IMG/VR virus record: IMGVR_UViG_3300045988_122518
DNA from: a virus
DNA length: 64,000 nt
Strand: one strand, 5' to 3'
This document shows positions 44,689-59,400 of this stretch, one piece after another. The notes below the pieces were generated by a model, which made no database searches, had not been told where the DNA came from, and worked only from the letters and a program-made list of their open reading frames with translations. Positions within the stretch are counted from its first letter, which is position 1, and each line of letters starts with the position of its first letter. Made by a program: the position numbers and the translations under genes.

Positions 44689-46938
44689 TAATGGAATAGT
44701 TATTTTATTAACTAAATATTCTCCTTCAACGCCACTTCTTTTATCTTCAATGTAAATTCTATTATTAGGTTCTAAATAATAAACTGGAATAGTAGAAATT
44801 GAAACACTTTCCGTACAATAAGCTGTTGTATAAAGTAAATCTTCAATTTCATCAACTGCGCTCTTACCTTTAGAACTAATTTTAAAATAATTATCATACC
44901 CTGAAGGAATATTAATCCAAATATATCCACTTTCTGTTGGATAATTATTCTAAATAATAGAATCATAATCTGTCTATGTCATAAATAATACATCAGGTGT
45001 ATCTCTATAACATATGACTTTTATATTAGTATCATTAATTGCTTTTGTTCTATCTCCGATTAATTGAACTGAGTATTTAGCAATATCCGCATTTTCTTCT
45101 CCAATAAAATCAAACCAGAAATTTAAATTCTCAGGATTATTCTTTACTTCTTCTTTAAAATCTAACTTATCATAATCATAAATATCTCTCCAAAAAGAAA
45201 ATAAATCTACATAATAAGTTTCATAACCCGTTATTCCAGAAGGATAAAAATCAGAATTCGCGGCTGCCACTTTACTAGTAAAATCATCCGCATAATTATA
45301 TTGATAATAATCTACGGCCATACGATATAAAACTTCACGCCAATCGCAATAAATAACCCCCGGTTCATTTTCGCTTTGATACCATTTGTTTTTATAAGTC
45401 TTTTGTTCTAATTGCGGATTCATAGTATCAAAAATATCATTATTATACATTGTAGATTTATACCTATTTATATCATTATCATTCACAATAATTGTGGTAT
45501 ATTGAATAGGTTTTTGATCTATTGCATATCTTAAATGAATAGGGATTTCTGCCCCACTGGCGCTTTCTCTCTATCCCCAAATAGAAAAATCATTTCTTAG
45601 ATTAGCAATCTATGGAGTATTATTAAAAGAAATAACCGTCTACCCATCTCTGAAAGAATAAATTGAAGAAGAAGAATAAACCGCAGGCTCAATATAACTA
45701 TCTCCATTAGAATTATTCACTATATTATTCCAAGACTGGTATTCATAAAATTTCTTTCGCTAAAAAATAAATCTACCATTTATATCATAGTAATACTCAA
45801 AACAACTTAGCATATTTTTAATCTTATCTAATACACTGGTTATATTTTCACCGACACTAGTAATAAGTTCTCCTGCATAGACTAAATCACAAATACGATA
45901 ACCAACTGTTTCATTAGTTGTTCGACTTATAATAGTGTAAATAGTTCCATTATTTACCAATCTTACTTTAGTCGGCTCGGAAACATCATCTAATAATTTA
46001 TTACTATCTAAATTATCGAATTTAATACTACTCATATCAGTTATTTTATTATTATTTATATCTAATAAAGTAGGCATTGTCCCTATTGAAGCATTAACTA
46101 TTCTATTCGTTTGCGCGTCTTTAAAGAAATACATAGTTTCATCGCATTTATTAGCTAATAACTCATAACCATATTGATCTAAATCATTAATAATTATATT
46201 GCTTTCTTTTTCTTTGCCATAAACTGTAAGAAGTTTTTTAATAATAGTCTAAATAGGAATTGAAATTAAATTCAAATAACTCTCCCTTAAATAATACTCT
46301 TTATTACTAAACTCTTCTTCATCTAAGACGTAATAAGTAGTTTGTTTATTCTAAGTAGAAATATAATAAATATTATGTTTTTTAGCTTCTTCTTCACTAT
46401 TAACAATATAACAATATTTACCTTTTATATAATTATCTTTAGTTATATTATTTTGTTTATTATAGCTATAAGTAATTACTTCTTCTTGTCCAAAATCTAC
46501 AGAAGCAGGTAAATCTCCTCCTAAATCTCCATTCAATAAACACATCTTATCTTTACCTTGAATAGAGATATTATATGAGCTAGCACTTTGAGAAGTATTA
46601 AAAGATGTAATTAAATAAATACCTTGATTAAACCAAATAATATCTGGATATTTATTATCAATTTTATTTTCTAATCCAATAGCCAAACTAAACTTAGAAT
46701 TTAAACCCCAAGAATATTGTTTATATAATTTCTCATTCGTGGCCATAGTAAGAGAACAAGACCGGCGGACTGCAGATGTTCCATCAATATTAATTGATCC
46801 GCCGGTTATCTTACCCTCTATATTTTCTATTGGTAATTCATCAAATGTTAGTAGCTCAATACGAGCATAAACTACTTTATGTTTAAATTCATCTAACTTT
46901 TTAAGAAAGTCGGTATCATATTGTCTTTGAGTCTTCAT
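44689..46938 (-). CDS. tail/baseplate structural protein, 749 aa, several in-frame TAG
   Basis: ATG 46938 with RBS; tracked ORFs 46351, 45760 and 44974 share frame 1; both junctions and the C-terminus were traced codon by codon to TAA 44689-44691. Confidence 0.55.
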
Positions 46939-49807
46939 AATCCTCTACCGCCTTTCTTAAAGTATCAATGAATAAAGCATAAGTTTCATCTATAGTTTTT
47001 TGTAATTCTGCTACTTTTCTATTGTATTTTTTTATACAATCCTAAATATTATTTTGATTTACATTATAAAATGGATCATCGTTAGAGAAGTCAGGATTAC
47101 TTTTATCTTGTTCTAATTCTTTAAAATCTTTTAAAGCTTTTTTAGCTCTTAACCAATTTTGCTTTAATTGATAAATAGTCGTTGTAGTATAGGTCTACCC
47201 ATTAAAAATTCTATAAGTAGTTTGATTATCATTTTCAAAAGAATAAACTACTTCTTGACGTTGAACTGATAATTCGCATAAAACGCCTGGATCGATTTCA
47301 ATAGAAGTAATATCAGTTAAGTCTTTAATCTAATATTCATTCTTCTAATCAATACCAATAATTTGTTTATCATCTTCATTTATTCTAATATTACAAGCCC
47401 AATTCTTTTCACTAACTAATACGCCAGAATCATAAATTTCTTTCTTAGTATATCCATCAATATAGTAATCTTGTTCTTCAGTTTGACTTACTAAATAGAT
47501 ATGATAAATTAAGGTAGGATCAAAATCTACACGTTTAATTTCTACAGAATGATCTTTTTCTCCTTCTTCTTCACTAATTGCTCTGCCGGGAGTAGTATAA
47601 AAATTAACTTTATTACTTGTATATAATTTCTATACATCACGCTTAGTAAAACGCAAGAAATAAATCTATGTTACTTTGTATTTAAAATCATCATTATAAA
47701 GATTTAAAATATTACCTTCAGTTCCATAATATTGCTCTAAAGGCAAATCCGCGACTTGAATATCATTAATAGTATCAAACTTACTTGCCTGCTTGCCATA
47801 ATAAGAATATACAATAGTTCCTTGCTATAAGCCCACGTCAGATAATTCTACTACTTTAACACTATAGATTGGAGCAACATGATCTATTAAATAAGCTCCT
47901 GTAATACCAATAACAATTTCTTCTCCATCAATGCTGAACTTATCTCCAGGAGCAAAACCTTCAAATCGAATCGTTATCGCAGGAGAATTAGCTAAAATAT
48001 CTTTGGTCTATAAACTATAATGATCTCCGTCATAAAGTAATTCAAACATAGGATAAAAACTTAATGTTTGTAATAAATTATCTAAACAAGTTTGTTTATT
48101 TGCTTGTAATTTATTAATTTCTACCTAAGTCAGATTTTCATCTTTCAAATTATCAATATAGGTATTTACATCATTAATATACCCATTAATTTTATACCAT
48201 CCATCAAAAGAAATACTATCCCATTTAAGAATTTCGCTCTCGGGCGGGTCCGCGTCAATAAATCCATAAGTAGTAAGATTATCAAAACTAACTTTATCAA
48301 TCTCATATGCAGTTCCACTAAATGTATGAAGCATACGTCCTAATTTATCTTCAGGGCTTAAACTTACATTTAACAAACGCACAATAAAGTTTCCTTCTGT
48401 TGGAGATTTAAATAATTTAGGTTCTCCATCAGTTAAAAATTCTAAAGCCTTAGTTTTAAATTGACGTTCTATATTAATATTATAGTTAGTTAAATCAGTT
48501 GATGTAAAATCTTTAATTTCATCATCGCCTAATTTACCTATAAATAAATGGTCTTCATCCATAAGGTAAGAAATTAAACCACTTATAGGAAATTCGTGAT
48601 AATAAGTATTTCCATTCCTAAAAATATAAGGATATTGGCTTCCAATAGTATCAGTTTTACTTTCAAGGGTATTAATTTTAAAATTGCTTACTTTTGGATT
48701 AAATCTTATTTTTAATAACTATCCATTATTATATAAAAAACTATCTTCAAAAATACTATATACAGTATTAGAAAAGATTTTATTACTGCGGACCGCAGTT
48801 TCGTCGCTATATTGCTGAACCGCATATTGATAACTAAACCCATGCTCGACAGTAAAATCTCTATATAATTCTCTTGATGGAGTTTCACCAACTAATTTAA
48901 ATTTTAATACTGTATTCCAAGTATTGAAATCATCTTCGCTACTGGCTCTTAATAAAGCAAAAGCCCCAGTAGCAGGAATTTCTAACCCTGTTTTTTTATC
49001 GCGGATTCCATTTAAATTAATTTTTACATATCCATTATTTTCATCCATAGTAGCGGAAAGGGTTGCTTGTAATTCTGGATTAATAGTTTCTCTATTAATG
49101 ATTTGGTATCTAACACTCTCTGCTTCATAGTTATTAATAGTAGTTATAGAATATTGAATAAAATAATTTTTATTTTTTTGTAATTCTTTATTTAATTCAA
49201 AACTATCATAACTTTCATTTAATTCCGTGTCATTAATTGAATTATGTAATTGCTCTCCACTATCAGCAAAAATATTACCATTTTCATCATACACTTTAAA
49301 TCTATATGAATAAACTTTTTCAGTAATATCATCATTTTTTTCTTTTTGGCTATATACTCCAATAAAATTTGTTTTATTTATTCCTACTAAATTATCTTCA
49401 AAACCTTTTATATAAACTGCGGGCTTAGTCGTGCATTTAGCAATACCAACCGTAGAATAATATCCAACTACTCCATTAGTATTAATATATGCTAACTGAA
49501 TTTTGTAAGACTATCCTGGATTTAATTTATATTGAATAGGTTTTCCATTATTAGTAATTGATTTAAGATTTATATTAAAAGTAATAGAACCTTGTTCCAA
49601 ACAACCGCGGACTTTGCTTGGAGTAAAATCCGCGGTTGTTCCCTAAGCAATTACGACATTGCTTGACACTGTTTTAATTATATAACATAATCCTGAAACT
49701 TCTACCATACTAACTGCACGATTCATTTGAAATGGAATAGTAATTTCCTATCCAACAAATGCTGGTAAAGTTCCAGATATAATAGGTGGATATAATTTAT
49801 TAACCAT
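46901..49807 (-). CDS. tail/baseplate structural protein, 968 aa, about 15 in-frame TAG
   Basis: RBS AGGAGGG then ATG 49807; traced codon by codon through tracked ORFs 48719-49294 and 48125-48562 to TAA 46901-46903; the only non-sense codons encountered were TAG. Confidence 0.6.
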
Positions 49808-49811
49808 TTTA

Positions 49812-49985
49812 TCCCTCCTAATTATTCTCGTTATTCTTCTCCTCTTGAAGATCTACTAATCTATTTGTAAAATCTCTTAATTGTTTTAAACACTCTCCCA
49901 TAAGAATAGTATCTTCTCCTTTAGTTGATACTAAAGAAAGAGTATTGTATAAAACTTTTAAAAAATTAATATCTTGTTCTTTCAT
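49812..49985 (-). CDS. small hypothetical protein (about 57 aa, one TAG)
   Basis: RBS AAAAGGAGAAAAAGG then ATG 49985. Confidence 0.3.
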
Positions 49986-50007
49986 TTTCCTTTTTCTCCT
50001 TTTTAAT

Positions 50008-53000
50008 TTAACCTGTTATTTCTTTTCCATTGAGAGTCAATGAACCATTTATTACAACGGGACCTTGTAAATAGATAGACCTATCAGTCACATTAAGATA
50101 ATTACCAGTTCCTCCCATTAAGCCAATTGTGCCATTAAAAATAGTTAAATTGGGAGTAGAAGAATATTCAACAGAAGGACCTAAATAAATATTACTACTA
50201 TTTTTATAATTCAAAATTTTTGATAAATAACTTAAATCATCTACCGCACTCTATGCATTAGACGCAGCATTGCTAGCTACTATAGAAATTGAAGCAGCTG
50301 TTTCCGCTACATCCGCGGCTGCATCTGCTGCCTATTGAGCTTTAGTAGCAGCAGCCCCCGCCGCGCTAGCGGCACTTTTAGCTTCAGCAGCAGCGCTACC
50401 AATTGCATTTAATATATCACTTAATGATTTTTCTCCCGCTCCATACTAAATATACCAAGGCTATCCCGTAGAACCATTATAATTAATTTTAATATTATCA
50501 CTAAAAGTACCAGACTAAGCATAAATTTTACCATTTAATAAATCTAAACTTAACCCTGTTATTACACTAGCTCCAGACTCATTATAAGTATATTCAAAAT
50601 CTTTAGATTCTATAATACTTGAAGTTCCATTAATTATAATCTATCCTGTGCTAGATTTACCAAAAGTAGCAGTTCCGTCATCTTTTAAAGCATAAACTTG
50701 ATATCCATTATTATATCCATAAACCCCAGTATTATAAGAAATACTTGAATCTGCATTTTGTTTTGTTCCAAAATCACCTATTAATACTCCGGTAAAAGTA
50801 TTAGCATTTTTATCTTTTTTACCTGCAGCAATCTAAGCTACACCTAAAAAATTATTTTCTACATCAGTATAAAATTTTCCATCCCATTTATTTACCATAG
50901 CAGATGGATATTTATTCTATAATACTAAAATAGGCTACGTCCAAACTATCTTATTTCCCTATTTTCCTTGGACTCCATAAACGCTTACTCCATCAACATA
51001 AAAACTCATAGGACTTAGTCTATACTCTTTTTTATCTTCATTATAATTAATCTTACCGATAAAAGCATCATTAGAATTACTAGAATAAATACTCCAAGTC
51101 GCAATTTCATCTACTTCGCCATTTACAAATAATTTATAAGGCTCTTTAGAAAATGTAGGTTCACCATTACTTAAATAAATTACCTCTGTTGGACCATTTA
51201 TATAAGTATTATCTAAAGTTGTAATAGGAACTGGATAGTAAGCAGTTAAATCATAGTCTCCCCAACCAGATAATTTTACCTACAAAATAATTAAATTACT
51301 CATTATAGAGTTTGTAGTATTAACTCTTAACACACAATTCTAATTATTAGTATTCTATAAATCAACATTATTAACCGTTGATCCAGCCATAAAACTCCAA
51401 GTCCAATTACATTTTTCAAAATTAGTAATTTCTTTACCTTCATTATCATATAACTAAGCTCTAAAAGTATAATTATCTCTTACTCCACTTTTTATAGCAG
51501 TAAATACTTTATTATTTAAATTCTCGTGAGCTATCATATCAATTACCAAAGTACAATCAGTGCCATTAGTTCCTACCTATCCAAAAGTGAAATCTTTAAT
51601 GGAGGTATAAACAATACCATCTTTTTCTACTTTAGCAATTACGGTATTATTAGATTTATTACTACTATAAAAAGTATTAATAGTATAATTTAAAGAAAAT
51701 TCTCCAGGAGAAACATTGACGTTTTCATTAGTTAAATCAATAATAATTTCTTTATAAGTAGCATCAGTTCCATCATCTTTAATACCAAAATTAAGCATAG
51801 TATTTTTAATAGGAATTTGCCAAATTACTCTCTAAGCTTCAACTAATTTACTTTCTCCATCCTAATTTTTACCAATTATACCATTATTAATAGCATAAGT
51901 CTTAGAATCAAAATGCAAAGTTAATTTACGACTAATCTTTCCATCTGATCTATTCATCAAATAATTAGCCTAATTATAAATTAAATAATTACCATTAGTC
52001 TAATCTTCACAGTGAATAGACAAAGCATTTAAACTATCAATAGTCGCATCATTAGGAACTTGTTTTTCATTATTAAAAGTAATTATATTACTTCTATAAA
52101 CTTTTCCATTATATAAAATAATTACTTTAACCTATTCTTGATTTTTATTAGAGCGCGGTTTTAGCTAATAATAAAAATTATTTTTATTATCTTCAATCGC
52201 AGTCCAATAGACACCAGAATATTCGTCCGCGGAAGGTGCTCCAAATTCATACGCATACCAGCGAACTTCAAATGTATCTTCTTTTTTATGTTCAGTTATT
52301 TGAGTTCTATTGCCATCTTCATCAAAATGAACCCATTTCAATTTAATAGTTTTAGAATCAATCTAACCTTTATCATCAATTACATAAGTACTTCCATCTA
52401 ATGAATACAGTCTTACATATTCATTTTCTATTTCATCTGCGGAAATACCTAATCCCATATATATATCTTTTACAAAGATATTATTAGGCGGAATTGACAT
52501 ATTGAAATCATTGGCATAACTAATTAAATTATTATTACTATCTTTAAAATTATCTTTTTGATATAAAAATATTTTTATATTATATATTTTAGCTACTGCG
52601 CTAGTATCAATAACAATTTCTTGAGAATAATATCCTTCAAAATTATAGGGATTGCCATACATGTCATTAGTATCTAAATCAATGGATGCGATTAAAGGGG
52701 TTTCTCCATTATTTTTGATACTTGCTTCTATTTTTTTAATATTATCCGCAGTATCATCTTTAATACCATATATATTTATTTTTAATCCATAATTACCACT
52801 TATTACACCGAGTGTTTCAAGCCAGGCGCGGAAATCGGCACGCAGCCCCAACCGCGTAAATCCCTATTGCTCATCAGTAAAGGTAATTCCGCCATTTGGA
52901 GTAATCTCAATTTCCTCTTCATTACCATTAGCTAAGATACTCCAAATTTCTTTATTATTATCTTTGGCAATAAAAAAATTACCAGTTAAATCAATAAAAG

Positions 53001-53325
53001 TATTAAAAGGATTGACAAAATTATATGGTTTATTTTCATTTTTATCTGTCTTTTTACCGACAATAAATTTAGTGCTATTATAGTCTCCTTCTGGAATCTA
53101 TACATACACTTTATCGCCTTTGTTATAAGTGGTTATTTGGGAATAAGCATAAAATTCCGCATAAGATTCATTTTTGACCTTATACTTACCAATAAGTTTA
53201 TCAGTCGCATCAATAATAGTACATTCAATGGTACTATCAAATTTAACTTTGTCAACACTTGAATTAGCAATAATACTCATTGCTTGACATAAACTTTCTT
53301 GAATATTTAGTGCGTTATCAGCCAA
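50008..53325 (-). CDS. large tail protein directly downstream of the tape measure gene (1105 aa, TTG start, Ala-rich linker, many TAG); Dit/Tal-like by position
   Basis: RBS AAAGGAGGG then TTG 53325; tracked ORFs 53098, 52363, 51577 and 50008 all share frame 1; the 52852-53097 junction was traced; ends at TAA 50008-50010. Confidence 0.5.
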
Positions 53326-53395
53326 AATAATCCCTCCTTTTACTCATTACTCTATAATTTTCTAAAAAATTAATTAGTTTTATTCAATATAATTA

Positions 53396-53440
53396 CCCAA
53401 AAAGAAAAAGGGTGAAGCCTATAAGACTTCACCCTTAATT
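53396..53440 (-). terminator. terminator hairpin after the tape measure gene (AAGGGTGAAG / CTTCACCCTT)
   Basis: 10-bp stem then a U-rich tract on the - strand immediately after TAA 53441. Confidence 0.5.
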
Positions 53441-56400
53441 TTATTTTCTATTGGCATATTGAGAAGCTACATTAACTAATGTATTAAATGCTTCTTGAAT
53501 TTCGTATCTATCAGTAGCGTTCGGGAAACTAGCTTCAATTCTAACATTCTATTCTAATGTTCCATCTTGAGAACTAACAGTAAATCCAGAAGAAGAAAGG
53601 GTAGAGATTTGTTGACTATTGAAATCTAATTGTTTAGCGATCTATCTAACTAATTGGATAGAAGCTAACATATTTTCCGTATCATCAGCATTAAGAACTA
53701 ATTCTTTCTAATGTAAGAACGCTAATTTTCCGCTATCATTCCAAGTGCCAGTATAACCACCACTTCTAAATCCGACTAAATCTCTCCATTCCTAATCAGT
53801 AAGCTAAGCAAAACTATATTTACCATTAGGAAGTTTACCAGAGATTTTTCCTTCACTGAGTAATTTATAATATGCATCAACTCGAGCCGTAGTGTCTTCA
53901 TTGATACTACCGCCATTAGCAATTTTTTCTTCGCGGTTTCTTTTATATTGATTATATTGCGCGGAACCATAAGCCACAGTGCCCATCATGGCCGCCCAGT
54001 CAGTATCTCCACCACTATCGCTACCAAATCCACTTTGAGAGCGTAATGTCGCTTGAATAGCGTTCAAAAGCTCTTCATAAGCTCTAATAGTATCAAGTAA
54101 TTGCTGACGATGTTGTGCCCAAGCTTCAGTAGCACTACGGACAGAACTTAACTCACCTTCAAGAGCAGGAATAACTCTATTAGATACTTCTTGATAAAGT
54201 TTATTACTTTCATCAGTAACATCTTTAACTTTCTATTGAGTATCTTTTAAATCATCACCAACAATTTTACTAATTTCATCCATACTGTCTTGCCATTCTT
54301 TAAATGTATCATTGATAATATTAGTGTTTTCAGTAATGGTATCTTTCCAACTATTACTATTATCTTTGATAATATCAAAAGAATTTACCCAAGCGTCTTG
54401 AACAACTCTACTATCCTCTTCTTGTGCTTTTGCATAAAGATTTCCAGCAGTAGTAATTAAATCAGTATATTGTTGAATTACTAAAGCACGTTCTTGTTGA
54501 TATGTGGTCTCACGGTAAACAGCATCTTCCGCGGCTTTCTAATCAAGTTCCGCGAGCTTCTCAGCCAACTCTTTCTCATATTGAAGTTTTTGTTGACCAT
54601 ATTTATTTGTCGCATCAAGACGAATATTATATAAATCATTTTCCGCGTCCGCCAAAGCCTATTGCGCGTCATTTACTTTCTCTTGGTCTGCGGTATACAC
54701 ATAACCAAAATTACCCTCATTATCACGTTGTAATCTAACTGTGGATTTTGCGTTTTGAGCTTCCTCTAATGCAATTTGCGCTTCAAGCACTTTATATTTA
54801 GCCTAAGCAATTTCTAATTCTAATTGACTTAATTTATCTTTATCTCTTAACTACTCAATTTCTTTAGTAAATTGCTGGTATCTATTTTTAGCTGCTTGAT
54901 TATTTGTCTTATCAATAGCCTAATTAACATTATTAAGTAGTTTATTCATTTCATAAATCTAATTAGTTTTTGTTAAGTATTCATCTTGATAAGAAGACAT
55001 TCTATCCAAAGCATCATTTAAAGCATCCCAACCGGAAATATTAAAGTTATTACCATTAATACTTACTTTAGTAGTGCTTAATTGCTTATTCATTTCATCC
55101 GCAGCTTGTTCCATCTTTGTAGTAAGAATTTCTTTTAATGCTTCACCATATTCTTCCGCTTTAGAAAGCATATCTTCTTCCGCTTCATCGAACGCGGCTA
55201 ATATAGCATCATAATTCTTTTGAAGCACTTCGCGTTCAGCCTCATCAGTTGAACTGGCTAAAGCTGCGGCCGCTGCATCGCGCTCACGCTTCAAGCTTTC
55301 GTACCATTGTTTAGAAGTATCAAAATTATTTTTCTTAGTCTAAGCAGTTCCATTTAAAACTGATAAAACTTTATCATAATCTTTATCTTTACCTAACAAA
55401 GTAATAATAGAACGATAATGATCTAATACACTAGTTAAATGCTCCATATGATTTGTATATTTAGACAATTCATCATTTGCTAAATCTATAGTATTACCAT
55501 AATATTCAAGCATTTCTTTATCTAAATCCTACAAAGCATTTAAATTATCTAATGTATTATCATATACATCTTGTAAGCCTTCGATATAATTTTCTTGAGA
55601 AATTTCTCCATTAGAATAAGCATTGTTTAACTAACCATAGAAATTTTCATAAGTTCCTAATTGGCTAATTACTGGATCAAATTGACCTTGTAAATATCCA
55701 AGAGCTTCAGCAGCTTTATAAATATTATCACTTAATTTATCGAAATAATATTCTAATTTCTTAGTATCATTTTCATCTAATTGAATTTTTACTTCAACTT
55801 CATAAATTAATTTTTCATAATGTAATTCTTGAACTGTATTCTTTAAATCAATTAAAGCTTTTTCTTGCTCTTTTAATTTATCTAAAGTTTCTTCATACTA
55901 CTCTAAAGCTTCTCTCTATTTATCAGTAGTAGCTTTATTATATAAAGCAGTATAATTATCGATTTCTAATGTTTCCTTATTAAAAATTGCCTATCCGCCG
56001 AACTGTTTTTGAACTTCCTACCGATCTACAGCTACATTCGCTAAAATTAAATTATACAACTAAGACTATAAATCAATCAATTTTTTATTAGCTTCAATTT
56101 CTTGATTTATATTATCAATTTTAGCTTTTCCATAAAGTTTATCTTTGCTATCCGCTAATTTATCTAAAAGTTTTTGATAATATTGAATTTCACGAGTTAT
56201 TTCATGATAGCGCTCAGCGACTTTTTGCAATTCTTTAGCAGTATTAGATGCATTTTTTCCAAGATTTTTAAAAGCATTATTAGTCTTTAAAACTGATGCT
56301 CCAACAGAAGCAATCATCCCGCGGATGTCATTTGCCTATGCCATAGTAGAAGCATAAAGGGAATTATAAGTAGCCGCAATTTTAGCCCAAGTTTCTTTGG

Positions 56401-59400
56401 AAGTATTTTGTCCATCTGCTAATGCTTTATCTAACGTCTTCTATGCATCTTCTAAGACTTTTGCTTCAGCACTAACACCTGTTGACCCTTTATAATCAAC
56501 CTAGAATTTTCCTTCTAGTTTTCCCTTTCCATTTCCGCTAACTGCTTTTTTCATATTATTTATAGCAGTATTAGCAAAATCTACAGAATTCTATGCTGCT
56601 GATTTAAAAGCTTTCTACCAATTTTCCGCTACAACTTTAGCATTATCTTTTGAAGAATTGGCAACAATTTCTTGATTATCAGCCTATGTATCAGCTGTAT
56701 CTTTACTATTTTTTGATTCTAATTCAGCTAAATTACCAGAGATACTACTCCTAATAGCCGCAGATTCCTAAGCACTTAAATTTTCAGCTGTGGCAAGAAT
56801 TTCTGCCAAATGAGCTATATTTTTATAATTTACAGCTTTCGCTTCTAATAAAGTAGCCTAATTATTTAACTATTCGACAGTAGCTTCAGCGTCAGCAGCA
56901 ATTTCTGCTTTAGCTGCATCAAAGCAATCTTTAACAACACTTTCTTTTAATTTAGCTGATCCATCTTTAGCTATTGTCATTCCTTCAATAATACCAGGAA
57001 AAACATTATTTAATTCTCGAATGTCATCAGCAGCAACACTATAATTAGGACCAATTTTAGAAGCCTAAGTATTCATATCTTTAATAGCATTTGTAATACT
57101 ATTAAATTCTTGTTCTGCTTGGCCATGAACTTCAACATTTATACTATATTGCTAATCTGCTAATTCATCCATAGAATCTTTAAATTTACTAAGATCAGCC
57201 TCTACAGTAACATTTACTCCTTCTTTTTTATTTATGATCTATAAATTTTGTCGAAGTTCTTTAAGAAGTTTATCTGAATCTTTATTTAAATCATTTAATT
57301 TGATTTCAGCCATTTTATCTTGGACTTGTTCTAAAGCTTCATAATAAGTTTGACTACCAGCATTCCAAGTATGAGATAATTCTAAAGCCGCAGATTCTAA
57401 TTCAGGATATTGTTTTTTTATTATTTCTAATTGCTATATCAAGTTAGAATAATCTTCATTAGAAGAAATATTTTCTTGAGTAACATCTCCACTCTATAAT
57501 CCACTAATTAAATTAGAAGCGTTTTTTTCGCCCGTTTTGGCAGCGTCAACAATTCTCTAATTATAATTATCAGGATTATAATTATTTAAACTATTTTCGA
57601 ACCCTTCTAGCCAAGCTTCTCCATCATTTAATCCTAAAGATTCCATTTGTTCTTTAGTTAATCCTAAAGCTTCTGCAAATCCATCTGATCCAAGTTGTTT
57701 TAATTCTTCAACCTAATCAGGAGATAATTCAGATAAAATAGAAGTTAAATCTAAACCACTTTCGGCATTTGCTAGACTATCAAGAATTGCCTATGAAAAA
57801 TTAGCACCAAATGTTTTATCAAAAAATTCTGTTTTCTTAAGAAGGTTTTCAATAGATTTATCAAATTCTTCTAAATTATAAGAATCATTATTCTCTAAAG
57901 AATTAAAAATTTCATCTGTTGCTCTTTTCCTAGCGATCTATTCTCGCATATAGGAATCATTTTCGTCTTCAAAAAGGACAGTTCCGTTTATATTCTTTAA
58001 AGTTCCTTTTCCAGTCCCACCACTATAAATATATTGACCTAACTCTTCTTCTGTTAATCCTAAAACTTCTCTTGCATAAGCTTTTGCTAATTCTTTATCA
58101 TTATCTATATTTAAATCAGCATTATTATTATGAGCTGGCAAAGTTAAATTAGTAAAATCTTTACCACTATTTTTAAGAATTTGACGCTAATATCCTGCTT
58201 CAGCAGCATAAATATAATCCTATAAAACAGTATTATCAGTAATCTTTTCAACTCGTCCAGAATTATTTTGAATATTTTTACTTTTTAATATTTCATTACT
58301 ATAATAATCAGTAGCTTTAGTAGCTTCAGTAATACTATCTGCTAAATTAAAGAAAGCATCACTACTTTCCATAATTTTATCAATGCTCTCAGAATAAAAC
58401 GTTGTATTTTCTTCTAATTTTTGTCTTAAAATTTCATCCTAACTCTTATGAGTTTTTATACTTTCTTTCTATGCTTCAATAGCAAATTGAGTAATTAATT
58501 CAATTTCACCATTTGTAATTGTGCCAGAATTTCCTTCTCGCTTTACTTTACCAATATTTCTACTTAAATCAGTATTAGAAACTTCTTTTTTAGCAGATTC
58601 AACATCAATTTTAGCACTCTACTAAAGAACTTTTATATTATTTGCAGTATCATTAATCTTCTTTTGAGCTTCTTCAATAGCTCCTGTATCAAAAACAATT
58701 AAGCCATCTTTAATTTCATATTTATCCCATAATCTATAAGTTTCAATTAGTTCTTTAGCTTTCTCATTAGCTGATTCTAAAGAATCTGTATATTCCTATG
58801 TTTTTTTATCTAACCCATTAAGCGCTTCAACGGCTGTAGTATAATCATTAGCTTTATTTTTAAATTCTTCAATTGATGAAGTTAATTCATTGTATTTTTC
58901 AGTTAATTTTTCTACTGTTTCACTAGCAGATTTTAAATTATTATCTGCTTTATTATATTCATCTATAGCAGATTTAATAATAAACACTAAAGCACCAATA
59001 GCGGCTCCAACCAAAGCTATTGACCCTAAAGATTTAGTAAATACCTTAATTGCTAATTTAAAAGCTGCTACTCCTTTTAAAGTAACTAAATTTAACGCTT
59101 CTTGTTCTAAGGCCTATCCATTTAATCCAACAGCAGTCATTAAAGAACTAGATAACATTCCCATATTAGCAATTGAAGTTTTATTTAAAGAATTCATTAA
59201 TAAGGGTAAGGCAATAGATAAAGCAGTTACGGTTGAAAGTAATTTATCTCCAATACCAATTTCATCATTATTCCATGTATCTACAATTCCTTTTATAGAA
59301 GTTATTGCCATAGCAATACTGCTTAATCCCTAAGCAAAAGAAGCTACTCCTGCTTCTGCTGAAGGTAATACTCCACTAAAAGAATTTATAGTATTAATAT

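Noticed and set aside
44772-44966. Tracked 64-aa - strand ORF MILLFRIIIQQKV...
   Set aside because: It lies off-frame inside the verified 749-aa gene 44689-46938 and has a low-complexity translation.
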